From the NCBI GenBank assembly GCA_037138355.1, contig JBAXIL010000016.1:1-34305 (forward strand): 34,305 bases of DNA, given 5' to 3'. A program made the position numbers and the translations under genes. Below the pieces are notes generated by a model. It made no database searches. It saw only the letters and a program-made list of their open reading frames with translations, and was not told the origin of the DNA. Source of the DNA: a bacterium (GTDB lineage: Bacteria > Oederibacteriota > PGYV01 > Palsa-1178). Of this stretch, positions 1-9,034 are shown piece by piece. Positions within the stretch are counted from its first letter, which is position 1; each line of letters starts with the position of its first letter.

Positions 1-293
1 CTGGTGGTAGAATTACAGTCATACTTCCATATTCAGACAATAAGTGCGTAGATGAGAAAACCAGCACATTAACAGATTGGGCTGATTATGAAGTGGCATT
101 AAACTCAAAACTTTCTAAAGAATGGACTATTGTGAAATTGAATTTGAAAAATGATTTTAAGCAGGCAAAATGGGCTAAAACAATAGTACCGATTGAAAAA
201 GTTCTTGAAAATGCGCACAGTATTGATTTCCATTTTACAAGTTCAGATGGGGACAAAGTAGATTTTCAAGTGGGTTCTATAGAGTTTAATTAA
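1..293 (+). CDS. 3' part of a gene cut by the window edge; probable carbohydrate-binding (CBM11/CIA30-like) beta-sandwich domain
   Basis: Frame is open from position 3 (GGRITVILPYSDNKC...DWADYEV) through the 93..293 ORF to TAA 291-293. The pattern 'EWTIVKLNL..DFKQAKW...IDFHF....DFQVGSIEF' resembles CBM11/CIA30 C-termini. Confidence 0.45.
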   Translation, partial: GGRITVILPYSDNKCVDEKTSTLTDWADYEVALNSKLSKEWTIVKLNLKNDFKQAKWAKTIVPIEKVLENAHSIDFHFTSSDGDKVDFQVGSIEFN

Positions 294-307
294 TATATTT
301 AAATAAC

Positions 308-342
308 AAAAAAGCCCGGCTTATTTAAGCCGGGCTTTTTTT
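308..342. terminator. Intrinsic terminator, probably bidirectional
   Basis: Perfect inverted repeat AAAAAAGCCCGGCTT-ATTT-AAGCCGGGCTTTTTT with an A-tract before and a T-tract after the GC core, 14 nt after the stop at 293. Confidence 0.9.
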
Positions 343-370
343 ATTTCTAAAAGTTTCAATTCTGTTAATG

Positions 371-398
371 TTGACACACTTTCAACAGGTGGTATAAT
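371..398 (+). promoter_or_regulatory. Sigma70-type promoter with extended -10
   Basis: TTGACA 371-376, 16-nt spacer, TG 390-391, TATAAT 393-398. Both hexamers match consensus; lies just after the terminator. Confidence 0.8.
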
Positions 399-403
399 AA
401 TTT

Positions 404-3403
404 ATGGCAAAAAAAATTAAAAAACCAAAAATTGAAGAGACGGTTATAGAAGCATTTTTATCAGGTAATAATGAAGTATTAACTGATAAAGACGAGATAC
501 AGGAAAAGGCTATAACCCATAAAATAGGTCCATTATTGATAGTGGCTGGTGCTGGAACTGGAAAGACCCGCGTTATAACTGAACGAATTGCTTGGATTAT
601 TAATAATAAATTGGCTAAACCATCAGAAGTTTTGGCGCTGACATTCTCGGAAAAAGCAGCAAAAGAAATGGAACGCAGGGTAGATGCTTTAGTTCCTTAT
701 GGTATGGTAGATACTCGTACCTCAACTTTTCATTCTTTTGGACACGATATCATAGGTGAGTCATTTGCTGATTTGCGAATTGCTCCTGACTGGAAAATTA
801 TGAAGAAGCCAGAATCAATAATTTTTATTGTTGAAAATATTGAAAAACTTGGTCTTGAACTCTATAGACCTATAAATAATCCAGCTCAATATGTGGCAGA
901 ACTTACAAATTTCATTTCTAAATTAAAGGATAATCTCATTACTCCGAGCATATATGAGGAGTATGTAAAAGAACTTTTGCAAAAAGGTCCAAATGAAACA
1001 GAAGATAAAGAGGTTTGGCAAGAAAACATAAATAAACAAAAAGAACTTTCTGGTTTTTATTCCAAATATGAAGCATTAAAAACAGAAAAAAATTATATGG
1101 ATTTTGGCGATCTAATAATGGTGCCATATTTTTTACTAAAAGAAAAGAAAGCTGTGCTTGCCAAGTATCAAGAACGATATAAATACATTCTTATAGATGA
1201 ATTTCAAGATACTAATTATGCGCAGTTTGAACTTATCAAACTTATTGCTGATAAGTATCAAAATATCACGGTAGTAGGCGACGATGATCAAATGATATAT
1301 CGATTCAGAGGCGCTGCAATATCAAATATTATGGGTTTTAGGGCTTGTTATCCAGCTGCGGAAGTGGTGGTGTTAAAGAATAATTACAGGTCTACGCAGG
1401 TCATACTTGATTCGGCATATAAGTTGATTCAAAATAATACTGATAGGCTTGAAACTATATTAAATATTACAAAAAATCTTAAATCAAAATATAAACAAGA
1501 GCATAAAATTGTGCCACTTAATATTAAGGCCTTTGCCAGTTATTCTGAAGAGTCGGATTTCATAGCGGATGAGATTGAAAGACTTGTGAAGGCAGGTTAT
1601 TACACTTATAAGGATATTGCAATACTGCTTAGAGCCAAAGGTGATGCCAGAATATTTTTAAAGACCTTAGAGCGTAGGGGGATTCCTTATAGATTTACAG
1701 GTGATGAAGGTCTTTACAATAAAAAAGAAGTGCAGTTTTTGATTAATTTTTGTCGTATGTTGTCCACCCCGTACGAGTTTAATCCCATATATGATGTTGC
1801 TATATCAGAGTTCTACGGAGTGGATCCGTATATGATGTCTAAGGTTGGCAGTATAGCCAAAGAATATTCTGTAACTGTGCTTGATCTTATAAAAAAGCTT
1901 GGGTCGTATCCAGAACTTGAAATGAATGAAATTGATGGACATAAGCTTGAAACACTTTTGCAGGATGCAGAGCATTATATTACGCTTGTGAAAGACAAGT
2001 GGAGCTCTGGGGAAATACTTTATGATTATATCAAAAACAGAAAGATATTTGACATACTGCTAAAAGACAAAACGATAGCATCAGACAGAAAGATTGCAAA
2101 TATATCAAGGTTTTTTGATATTTTGAAAGAGTTTTCTGTATCAGAAGAATATGACACTATGTATAATTTTGTAAATTACATAGACCTTCGGCAAAAAGCA
2201 GGTGACAATCCAGTAAGCGATGTGTTTGAAGACACAGAAGAAAATTCAGTTCAAGCGGCTACTATACACAAGGCAAAAGGACTTGAGTTTAAAATTGTCT
2301 TTGTTCCAGCCCTTATACAAGATAAGTTTCCAGTACGCGCCAGGGGCGGTTTCCCATTTCCATTACCTGAAGGTTTAATGAAGGACTTAGTAGATGAAAA
2401 GTTGTATATGCAAGAAGAAGAACGAAGATTGTTTTATGTGGCAATAACCCGAGCAAAAGATTCGCTTCACTTGACTTACTCAAAACAGTATGAAGGGGCA
2501 GGTAATAAAAAACCGTCTATGTTTCTTATGGAGTTAGGTTATAAAGAGCCTGAAGCGATGACAAAACAGTCAAAAGAAGACAAACTTAAATCCTTTGAAA
2601 AAAAAGAAATAGTTGAAGTTGCAAAAGTCGAAGGTATTAAACTAAAGACGATTAAGCTTTCTAATTACCAGATTGATGATTATCTTACATGCCCATATAA
2701 ATATAAATTAATTCATGTACTCCGTATTCCTATAAAGGAAGAACCAGTAGTTATATACGGTCAGGCAATGCATAAAGTGGCATCTGAATTTTATAAGGCA
2801 AGACAAGAAGGTAGCGTCATTACACTGGATACGCTGATTGACATATTCAAGTCCATGTGGAAACCTGTAGGTTTCATATCCGCTCAACATGAAAAGCGTC
2901 GTTATGAGCAAGGTTTGAAGAACATAGAAGAGTTTTATAAAACAGAAAGCATGAGTGCGATTATACCTAAGTATATAGAAAAAGATTTTGAATTTAAGTT
3001 GAGCAGCGATATTACAGTGCGAGGAAGATGGGATAGAGTTGACGAGATAGATGGAAAGTGGCGCATAATTGATTATAAAACATCTGATATCAAAGACATT
3101 GAAAAGGCAGAAGAAAAAAGGGACAGCTTAAATATATCCAGACAGTTAAAATTATATTCAATAGCTTTTGAAAAAGTATTTGGTCATCCTTTGGATGAAG
3201 TGGGGATATATTTTTTTGAGTCACGCATATCGGTTTTTAAAAAAATCAGAAAAGATATTCTTGAAAAATATGAAAAACAAATATTCGAAGTGGCTGCTGA
3301 TATTAGGGCGAGTAAGTTTGATGCATCCCCAAGTGCTTTTATTTGCAAATTTTGTGCGTTTTTCAACATTTGTCCTCATTCAAAAGCGGATATATTGTTC
3401 TGA
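404..3403 (+). CDS. SF1A UvrD/Rep-type ATP-dependent DNA helicase fused to a C-terminal PD-(D/E)XK nuclease with a four-Cys Fe-S motif (AdnAB/AddAB-like architecture)
   Basis: Helicase motifs: AGAGTGKT, DEFQD, VGDDDQMIYRFRGA, NNYRST, TIHKAKGLEF, EEERRLFYVAITRA. Nuclease motifs: YLTCPYKY, YGQAMH, GRWDRVD, IIDYKT, QLKLY, CKFCAFFNIC. Confidence 0.9.
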   Translation: MAKKIKKPKIEETVIEAFLSGNNEVLTDKDEIQEKAITHKIGPLLIVAGAGTGKTRVITERIAWIINNKLAKPSEVLALTFSEKAAKEMERRVDALVPYGMVDTRTSTFHSFGHDIIGESFADLRIAPDWKIMKKPESIIFIVENIEKLGLELYRPINNPAQYVAELTNFISKLKDNLITPSIYEEYVKELLQKGPNETEDKEVWQENINKQKELSGFYSKYEALKTEKNYMDFGDLIMVPYFLLKEKKAVLAKYQERYKYILIDEFQDTNYAQFELIKLIADKYQNITVVGDDDQMIYRFRGAAISNIMGFRACYPAAEVVVLKNNYRSTQVILDSAYKLIQNNTDRLETILNITKNLKSKYKQEHKIVPLNIKAFASYSEESDFIADEIERLVKAGYYTYKDIAILLRAKGDARIFLKTLERRGIPYRFTGDEGLYNKKEVQFLINFCRMLSTPYEFNPIYDVAISEFYGVDPYMMSKVGSIAKEYSVTVLDLIKKLGSYPELEMNEIDGHKLETLLQDAEHYITLVKDKWSSGEILYDYIKNRKIFDILLKDKTIASDRKIANISRFFDILKEFSVSEEYDTMYNFVNYIDLRQKAGDNPVSDVFEDTEENSVQAATIHKAKGLEFKIVFVPALIQDKFPVRARGGFPFPLPEGLMKDLVDEKLYMQEEERRLFYVAITRAKDSLHLTYSKQYEGAGNKKPSMFLMELGYKEPEAMTKQSKEDKLKSFEKKEIVEVAKVEGIKLKTIKLSNYQIDDYLTCPYKYKLIHVLRIPIKEEPVVIYGQAMHKVASEFYKARQEGSVITLDTLIDIFKSMWKPVGFISAQHEKRRYEQGLKNIEEFYKTESMSAIIPKYIEKDFEFKLSSDITVRGRWDRVDEIDGKWRIIDYKTSDIKDIEKAEEKRDSLNISRQLKLYSIAFEKVFGHPLDEVGIYFFESRISVFKKIRKDILEKYEKQIFEVAADIRASKFDASPSAFICKFCAFFNICPHSKADILF

Positions 3404-3435
3404 GTTTGTTTGGTTTAGTAAAATAAAACGACACC

Positions 3436-3458
3436 GTAGATAGGGGCTTGCCCCATCT
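3436..3458. repeat. Short GC-rich intergenic palindrome preceded by GTAG (REP-like)
   Basis: GTAGATAGGGGCTTGCCCCATCT; arms AGAT-a-GGGGC / GCCCC-ATCT; no T-tract on the + strand; single copy in the window. Confidence 0.35.
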
Positions 3459-3483
3459 CATAAAAATAAAACATGGAGGTTTT

Positions 3484-3624
3484 ATGAATAATAAATTGCT
3501 TTATATTTTGATTTTCTTGTTTTTAACTGCAGTTGTGATTTTTAATATCTTCTTAAAAACACAGCCAAATATCATTAATACTGGAGTACATACAATGGCA
3601 ATATCGAGAGAGGTGTTGGCTTGA
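3484..3624 (+). CDS. Small single-TM protein, 46 aa (not in ORF track)
   Basis: GGAGGT at 3475-3480, ATG 3484. Translation MNNKLLYILIFLFLTAVVIFNIFLKTQPNIINTGVHTMAISREVLA. TGA 3622-3624 overlaps the TTG start of the ABC ATPase. Confidence 0.7.
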   Translation: MNNKLLYILIFLFLTAVVIFNIFLKTQPNIINTGVHTMAISREVLA

Positions 3625-4544
3625 TTAAACTAAATAATGTATCAGTGTACTTTGATAGCTTTTTAAAAAGTACTGCAGTTACTGCCCTTAGTGATGTAAC
3701 TCTTACTATTAATCGTGGAGATTGTTTTGCTATGATAGGACAAAATGGAGCAGGGAAGTCAACTGCTATGTATTGTTTATTAGGTCTGATTAAGCCACAA
3801 AAAGGGACGGTAACTATAGATGATAAGGAAGTGCATTTGGGTTCGGCTATTTATAATAATATCGGCTTTTTGCCTGAAGAACCACACTATCATGATTTTT
3901 TAACTATAGATGAAGCCCTGTATTTTTATTCAAGTCTTTATAATAAGAATATTACAAAAAAACAGAGAGATGAAATACTTGGGGAAATGGGACTTTATGA
4001 TAAAAGAAATGTTCGTATAAAGAAATGTTCAAAAGGAATGAAACAAAAAATGGGTATTGCGCAAGCAATAATTACGGAACCGGATATACTATTTCTTGAT
4101 GAACCAACGCGTGGCCTTGATCCGATTATAAGCAGGTATTTTAAACAAAGATTATTACAAATGAAAAAGAATGGAACAACTATCATTATTAATTCTCATG
4201 TGCTTTCAGAAGTTGAGTCCTTGGCAAATCGGGCTGTCATTATAGACAAAGGTAAAGTGGTTTTGGAAGATGATTTGATTAACATAACAAATAGTGGAGA
4301 AGGCGAATATTTTGTTGAATTTGAAAAGTCAAATGCAAAATCACCAGCATATTTATCGAATATTAAAATTAATGGTTCGGTGCTGTCTGGTAATATTAAG
4401 GAACATGACTTGTTTAAATTCACTGCATATTTAGAAAAGAATAATCTAAAAATGTATAAATGTCTCTTAAATAAAATGTCACTGGAAGATTCGTTTTTTA
4501 ATATCATAAAAGGAGCCCACAATGAATCGTCAACTCAACTTTAA
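3621..4544 (+). CDS. ABC transporter ATP-binding protein (ABC-2/drug-exporter type)
   Basis: Walker A GQNGAGKS, signature-like CSKGMKQK, Walker B ILFLDEPT, H-loop NSH. GAGGTG precedes the TTG start. Confidence 0.92.
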   Translation: MIKLNNVSVYFDSFLKSTAVTALSDVTLTINRGDCFAMIGQNGAGKSTAMYCLLGLIKPQKGTVTIDDKEVHLGSAIYNNIGFLPEEPHYHDFLTIDEALYFYSSLYNKNITKKQRDEILGEMGLYDKRNVRIKKCSKGMKQKMGIAQAIITEPDILFLDEPTRGLDPIISRYFKQRLLQMKKNGTTIIINSHVLSEVESLANRAVIIDKGKVVLEDDLINITNSGEGEYFVEFEKSNAKSPAYLSNIKINGSVLSGNIKEHDLFKFTAYLEKNNLKMYKCLLNKMSLEDSFFNIIKGAHNESSTQL

Positions 4545-5298
4545 TATATGGCTTAACATTAAGTTTTTAAGCAGAAACTATCTGATTATTACAGTACTTG
4601 GGATTATGGCACTTTCAATATTAAATATTTTTTCTTCTGCTAATGCTGGGGGCGGGGCATTACAGGGTTTTATTTGGTTACATTCAATCGTTACCATAGC
4701 AGCTTTTTTGATAGCGGTTATGATTGTTTCTAATCCTATAAAGGATAGAACAGTGAAAATGATAGTTACAAAACCATGTTCGCCTGAAGTATGGACAGCA
4801 TCTTCTTATGCTACTGTTAATCTTGTCTCTATTTCTTTGCATTTGATTATCTTGATTTTTGCTTCTTTGCTATTTGCCTTTAAACCAGATGTATTGGGTA
4901 TTAGCTTCTCGTCTTATATATATATGTGGTTAAGTAGCATAGTAGCAGTAATGATTTTTTCATCTTTATTACTTTTCTTAACCTATATTTTGCCTACTGG
5001 CCTTGCGTTGTTAGCTATGATTATTATAAGCACTTTGCCATTAGGAAGAATTGTAGATTATTGTTTTAACTATTCAGGGCATGTTATAACCAATATCTTA
5101 TACAAAATCTTAGGAACAATTTTTTATGTGTTCTATCTTATCATTCCGTATTTTTCAATGGAAAACATAATGAAAGTAGGGCAAGGCGGATATACTGACT
5201 GGTCGCAGCTTGGAGTGTTTTTCGTATATGGTTTAGTAACACTTGGTTTTTATTACCTTATGAGTGTTTATGCGATTAAAAGAAGAAATCTAATATAA
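4522..5298 (+). CDS. ABC-2 type transporter permease
   Basis: About six hydrophobic segments; loop 'IKDRTVKMIVTKP' resembles the ABC-2 permease 'E..T....L..P' loop; overlaps the ATPase gene; AAGGAG SD. Confidence 0.8.
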   Translation: MNRQLNFNIWLNIKFLSRNYLIITVLGIMALSILNIFSSANAGGGALQGFIWLHSIVTIAAFLIAVMIVSNPIKDRTVKMIVTKPCSPEVWTASSYATVNLVSISLHLIILIFASLLFAFKPDVLGISFSSYIYMWLSSIVAVMIFSSLLLFLTYILPTGLALLAMIIISTLPLGRIVDYCFNYSGHVITNILYKILGTIFYVFYLIIPYFSMENIMKVGQGGYTDWSQLGVFFVYGLVTLGFYYLMSVYAIKRRNLI

Positions 5299-5412
5299 AA
5301 GTGCCTGTTATTTAAAAACAAAAAGTGTTAAATAACCCATATATCATTAGTTATTATTCACAAAACAGTAAAAATTCCCTTAAAATAATATGTTTTTGAA
5401 CTAAAATTTGTC

Positions 5413-5441
5413 TTGAAATAAACCATTTTATTTAATATAAT
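5413..5441 (+). promoter_or_regulatory. Sigma70-type promoter
   Basis: TTGAAA 5413-5418, 17 nt, TATAAT 5436-5441; SD AAGGAGG 5476-5482 downstream. Confidence 0.65.
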
Positions 5442-5492
5442 CTTTTGGTGCTAAAACACTATAGCTAAATATCTCAAGGAGGACTTAGATAG

Positions 5493-6641
5493 ATGGAAGC
5501 GAAACCTTTTGTAAGTATTATTAGTCCAGTTAGAAATGCGGAAAGAACGATAGAGACCACAATACAGTATCTTTTAAATGTGGATTATCCACGCGAAAAG
5601 ATGGAAATTGTGTTTGCTGATGGTGGTTCTACGGATAAGACAGTAGAAATCATAAAGAAATTTCAGGAAAAATATAGTTTTATTAAATTGGTTCTCGTAC
5701 CTGATTCTAAATCCCCTGGGCATGCAAGAAATGCCGCACTGAAAGTGGTTGTTGGAGAGATTATTCTTTTCACTGATGGCGATTGTGCTCCTCATAAAGA
5801 TTGGGTAGAAAAAATGGTAGAGCCGTTTGTTAAAGACCCGCAGGTTGGAATGGTTGGTGGAGAAGTATTTACATTAAGAACAGATCCAAATAATGATACT
5901 GAAACATATTGTGAAGCCACAGGCTTCTTGTCTATAGGCGATAGAGTTGGTATGAAAAATGGTGGATACTATCCTGAAATAAAGAAAGATTTACCGAGTG
6001 AGATAAATGGTTCACAGACATGTCCGTTTTTTGCTACAGCTAATGCGGCAGTATCAAAAAAAGCAGCATTGGCTATAGGCAATGAGTTTTGGCATGAGCC
6101 AACTGGAGAGGATGTAGATTTCAACCTTCGCGTACTAAAAAAAGGTTTTAAACTTTTCTTTCAACCATCTGCGGTAGTGGATCATATGCACAGAGCTACA
6201 CCAGAAATGTTCTACAAGCAGCTTTATGGCTATGGTTATGGACATCCGCTTTTATTGAAAATGCACGCAAAGAAAGTACTGGAGTTTTATTTTGCTTTTG
6301 GTAAAGGTTTTTCTTTTTCAATACCATTTCCAGTACCAGGTATAATTTACTTCGGAGATTTTTTGTTTATGCATTTGTTTGGATTCGCAGCTATTCTTAC
6401 TCTGGTAGTTAACCTCTTTATAGGTGGCATCCCAAGCATAGTTTCAAGCTTTTGGAGTTGGGGAATATTATTTGCAGTAGCTGCTACATTTAAGTTAAGG
6501 TTTTTTGCACCAGTGTTTAAGATTAAACCAGGAAGTAAGTTGTTCACATGGATGTTTATAGCATATCTTTCGAAATGGAACTTTATCAAGGGCGGCCTTG
6601 ATGGGCAGAAAAAATTTGGCACCATCAATATCGAAGGATAA
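5493..6641 (+). CDS. Glycosyltransferase family 2 (GT-A fold) with C-terminal membrane segments
   Basis: VSIISPVRN, ADGGSTD, ARNAAL, DxD motif FTDGD, GEDVDF; hydrophobic C-terminus. Confidence 0.9.
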   Translation: MEAKPFVSIISPVRNAERTIETTIQYLLNVDYPREKMEIVFADGGSTDKTVEIIKKFQEKYSFIKLVLVPDSKSPGHARNAALKVVVGEIILFTDGDCAPHKDWVEKMVEPFVKDPQVGMVGGEVFTLRTDPNNDTETYCEATGFLSIGDRVGMKNGGYYPEIKKDLPSEINGSQTCPFFATANAAVSKKAALAIGNEFWHEPTGEDVDFNLRVLKKGFKLFFQPSAVVDHMHRATPEMFYKQLYGYGYGHPLLLKMHAKKVLEFYFAFGKGFSFSIPFPVPGIIYFGDFLFMHLFGFAAILTLVVNLFIGGIPSIVSSFWSWGILFAVAATFKLRFFAPVFKIKPGSKLFTWMFIAYLSKWNFIKGGLDGQKKFGTINIEG

Positions 6642-6659
6642 GGTGCACATATAATGGCG

Positions 6660-6695
6660 AAACGCCGCGTTACCGAAAGGTGCCGCGGCGTTTTT
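6660..6695 (+). terminator. Intrinsic terminator
   Basis: AAACGCCGCG-TT-ACC-GAAA-GGT-GC-CGCGGCGTTT then TTACTTT; GAAA tetraloop; just after the GT2 stop. Confidence 0.8.
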
Positions 6696-6788
6696 ACTTT
6701 GCGGTAAAATATTTAGATAGAAGTGAGTAGATAAAAAAAGTTTTAAGTTTACTAACATGTTTATAAAATATATTACTTGGAGGCATTG

Positions 6789-7529
6789 ATGAGTGATTCT
6801 GAAATACTGGCACAGCTTGTAAAATTACAAAAAATAGATGCTGAGATTTTGAGTATTCAAGAAGGTAAAAAGGAATTTGTTGTAAAGATTAACGAAATAA
6901 AAGCTCAAATTGCAGCTAATACAGCAGAGTTTCATGCAAAAAAATCAAAGCTTGATGATACAAGAAAGAAAAAAGGTCTTTTGGATGTTGAGATTAAATC
7001 AAAAGAAGCGGACATAAAAACTAAAGAAGGTCAATCTGGAGAAGTTAAGACAAATACAGCTTTTAAAGCTTTACAAAATGAGATAGACGGTATGAGAATG
7101 GATATACGGAAGTTTGAGGACCAGCAGTTAGTTTTAATGGAAGAAGAAGATGTAGTACAGGTATGGATAAAATCACAGGAAAAGGTCATGAAAGAAAAAG
7201 AAGTTAAGCTACTTGCGGATATAAAAATACTTGAAGCAGAAGCTGCTGCGCGTGAAGGTTTGATTGACGGAGAACTAAAGAAAAGAGAAGAAGAAGTAAA
7301 AAATGTAAATGCTAATTGGTATGAAAAATATGAAAAAATTCGTAAAAGCAAAGGTTTGGCTTTAGCTCCAATACTTGAGGGTGGTAACGGCAGTGGTGTT
7401 TGTGGTGGTTGTAAGTTCGATGTAAGACCTCAGGTTATTATAGAATTGAAAAAAATAGGTGATATCAAAACTTGTTCTAATTGTGCAAGAATATGGTATA
7501 TAGAAACAAAAAAAGAAGCAGTAAAATGA
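6789..7529 (+). CDS. Coiled-coil protein with C-terminal C4 zinc ribbon (COG1579/DUF164 family)
   Basis: LVKLQKIDAEI N-terminus, long charged coiled coil, YEKIRK, CGGC...CSNCARI. GGAGG 6779-6783 favours ATG 6789 over TTG 6777. Confidence 0.85.
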   Translation: MSDSEILAQLVKLQKIDAEILSIQEGKKEFVVKINEIKAQIAANTAEFHAKKSKLDDTRKKKGLLDVEIKSKEADIKTKEGQSGEVKTNTAFKALQNEIDGMRMDIRKFEDQQLVLMEEEDVVQVWIKSQEKVMKEKEVKLLADIKILEAEAAAREGLIDGELKKREEEVKNVNANWYEKYEKIRKSKGLALAPILEGGNGSGVCGGCKFDVRPQVIIELKKIGDIKTCSNCARIWYIETKKEAVK

Positions 7530-8488
7530 ACATTAAAACAGAGTTGATAAAAGTTTTAGATATTGAGGCTGCCGCTATACTGAAAGTTAGATCTAAAATA
7601 GATTCTAATTTTGAAAAGGCAATTTCATATATACTCGCTTGTAAAGGTAAAGTCGTGATTTTTGGAATAGGTAAATCTGGCTTGATTGGTCAAAAAATTG
7701 CTGCGACTATGTCCTCCACTGGAACACCTGCGATATTTTTACATTCAACAGAAGCAGCGCATGGTGATTTGGGTATGGTTTCGAAAAATGATGTTGCAAT
7801 GGTTATATCTCAAAGTGGTGAAACAGATGAAGTCATAGGAGTTCTTCCAGCAGTAAAAAGATTTAATATACCTCTTATTTCTATTACTGGAAAAAAATCT
7901 TCAACGCTTGCTAAAAATAGTGATTGTGTACTTGATTCTTCTGTGAAGGAAGAGGCCTGTCCTATGGGGTTGGCTCCAACTGCTTCAACAACAGTTCAAC
8001 TTGCGATAGGAGATGCACTCGCTGTGGTGTTGTTGAAATTGAAAAAATTTAAAAAAGAAGATTTTGCCATGTTCCATCCCGGTGGAACATTAGGAAAAAA
8101 ACTAATGCTTTCTGTTGCTGATATCATGCATAAAGACAATGCAGTACCTATAATAAGCGGGGAAATGACCCTTCAAAAAGGGCTACTTGAAATAACAGCA
8201 AAGAGAATGGGTTGCACGGCAGTCGTAAATAATAAGGGAATTATGACAGGGATTTTTACTGATGGAGATCTTCGTAGATTACTTGAAAAAAATACTAATC
8301 CTTACTCACTGAAAATGAATAATATTATGACTATAAATCCAAAAATAATAAGCGCAACTGATTTAGCTGTAAAGGCACTTGGGGTTATGGAAAAAAACGC
8401 CATTACAGTATTAGTAGTAGTTGATAAAAAGAATAAACCTGAAGGTGTAATACACTTGCATGATATTTTAAAATCTGGTGTTGTTTAA
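7526..8488 (+). CDS. kdsD: Arabinose-5-phosphate isomerase (KdsD/KpsF/GutQ; SIS + CBS pair)
   Basis: GIGKSG, STGTPA, EAAHGDLG, EACPMGLAPTAST, FHPGGTLG, FTDGDLRR. ATGA overlap with the upstream gene supports start 7526. Confidence 0.92.
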   Translation: MNIKTELIKVLDIEAAAILKVRSKIDSNFEKAISYILACKGKVVIFGIGKSGLIGQKIAATMSSTGTPAIFLHSTEAAHGDLGMVSKNDVAMVISQSGETDEVIGVLPAVKRFNIPLISITGKKSSTLAKNSDCVLDSSVKEEACPMGLAPTASTTVQLAIGDALAVVLLKLKKFKKEDFAMFHPGGTLGKKLMLSVADIMHKDNAVPIISGEMTLQKGLLEITAKRMGCTAVVNNKGIMTGIFTDGDLRRLLEKNTNPYSLKMNNIMTINPKIISATDLAVKALGVMEKNAITVLVVVDKKNKPEGVIHLHDILKSGVV

Positions 8489-9034
8489 ATGCAGGCAAAA
8501 ATATCCGCTAAATTAAGAAAAATTAAATGCTTTGTACTTGATGTCGATGGCGTATTGACAGATGGTGGCATAATAATTGGAAGTAATGGAACCGAATATA
8601 AGAAGTTTGATGTAAAAGACGGTTCTGGAATTGCTTTGGCGAGACATGTAGGAATGAAGTTCGCAATTATCAGTGGTAGGTATTCTAAAGTAATACAAAT
8701 TCGTGCAACCGAACTTAAAATTGATGCAGTTTACCAGAACATTCTTGTGAAAATTGATGCCTACAATAATATCAAAGACAAATTTTGTCTTAAGGATGAA
8801 GAAATTTGTTTTGTTGGGGATGAAATTATAGATATACCTGTCATGGAAAAATGCGGTTTTGCTTTTGCCCCAGCGGATGCGGTATTAGAAACCAGGCAGA
8901 CTGCCGATTATGTGTGTAAATCGTCAGGAGGTCATGGCTGTGTAAGAGAAAGCATAGAAATGGTTCTCAAAAGCCAAGGGCTATGGGGAAAAGCCATAGC
9001 AAGGTATTTAAGGTATGAAAAACCAATTCTTTAA
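8489..9034 (+). CDS. kdsC: 3-deoxy-D-manno-octulosonate 8-phosphate phosphatase (HAD)
   Basis: LDVDGVLTDG, FDVKDG, ISGR, VGDEIID, GGHGCVRE; directly follows kdsD. Confidence 0.92.
   Translation: MQAKISAKLRKIKCFVLDVDGVLTDGGIIIGSNGTEYKKFDVKDGSGIALARHVGMKFAIISGRYSKVIQIRATELKIDAVYQNILVKIDAYNNIKDKFCLKDEEICFVGDEIIDIPVMEKCGFAFAPADAVLETRQTADYVCKSSGGHGCVRESIEMVLKSQGLWGKAIARYLRYEKPIL

Noticed and set aside
2650..3403. Cas4 or CRISPR-associated role for the Fe-S nuclease domain
   Set aside because: It is fused in frame to a full UvrD helicase, with no cas1/cas2 or array in the window.
3168..3443. 91-aa + strand ORF
   Set aside because: Out-of-frame overlap with the nuclease domain of the helicase; no motif.
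3484..6641. Glycocin/RiPP cluster (peptide + ABC + GT2)
   Set aside because: The peptide has no Cys or double-glycine leader, the transporter has no peptidase domain, and the GT2 gene has its own promoter and terminator.
6642..6788. tRNA or other ncRNA in the GC-rich spacer after the GT2 gene
   Set aside because: The GC-rich part is explained by one terminator hairpin; no cloverleaf or T-loop motif is visible.
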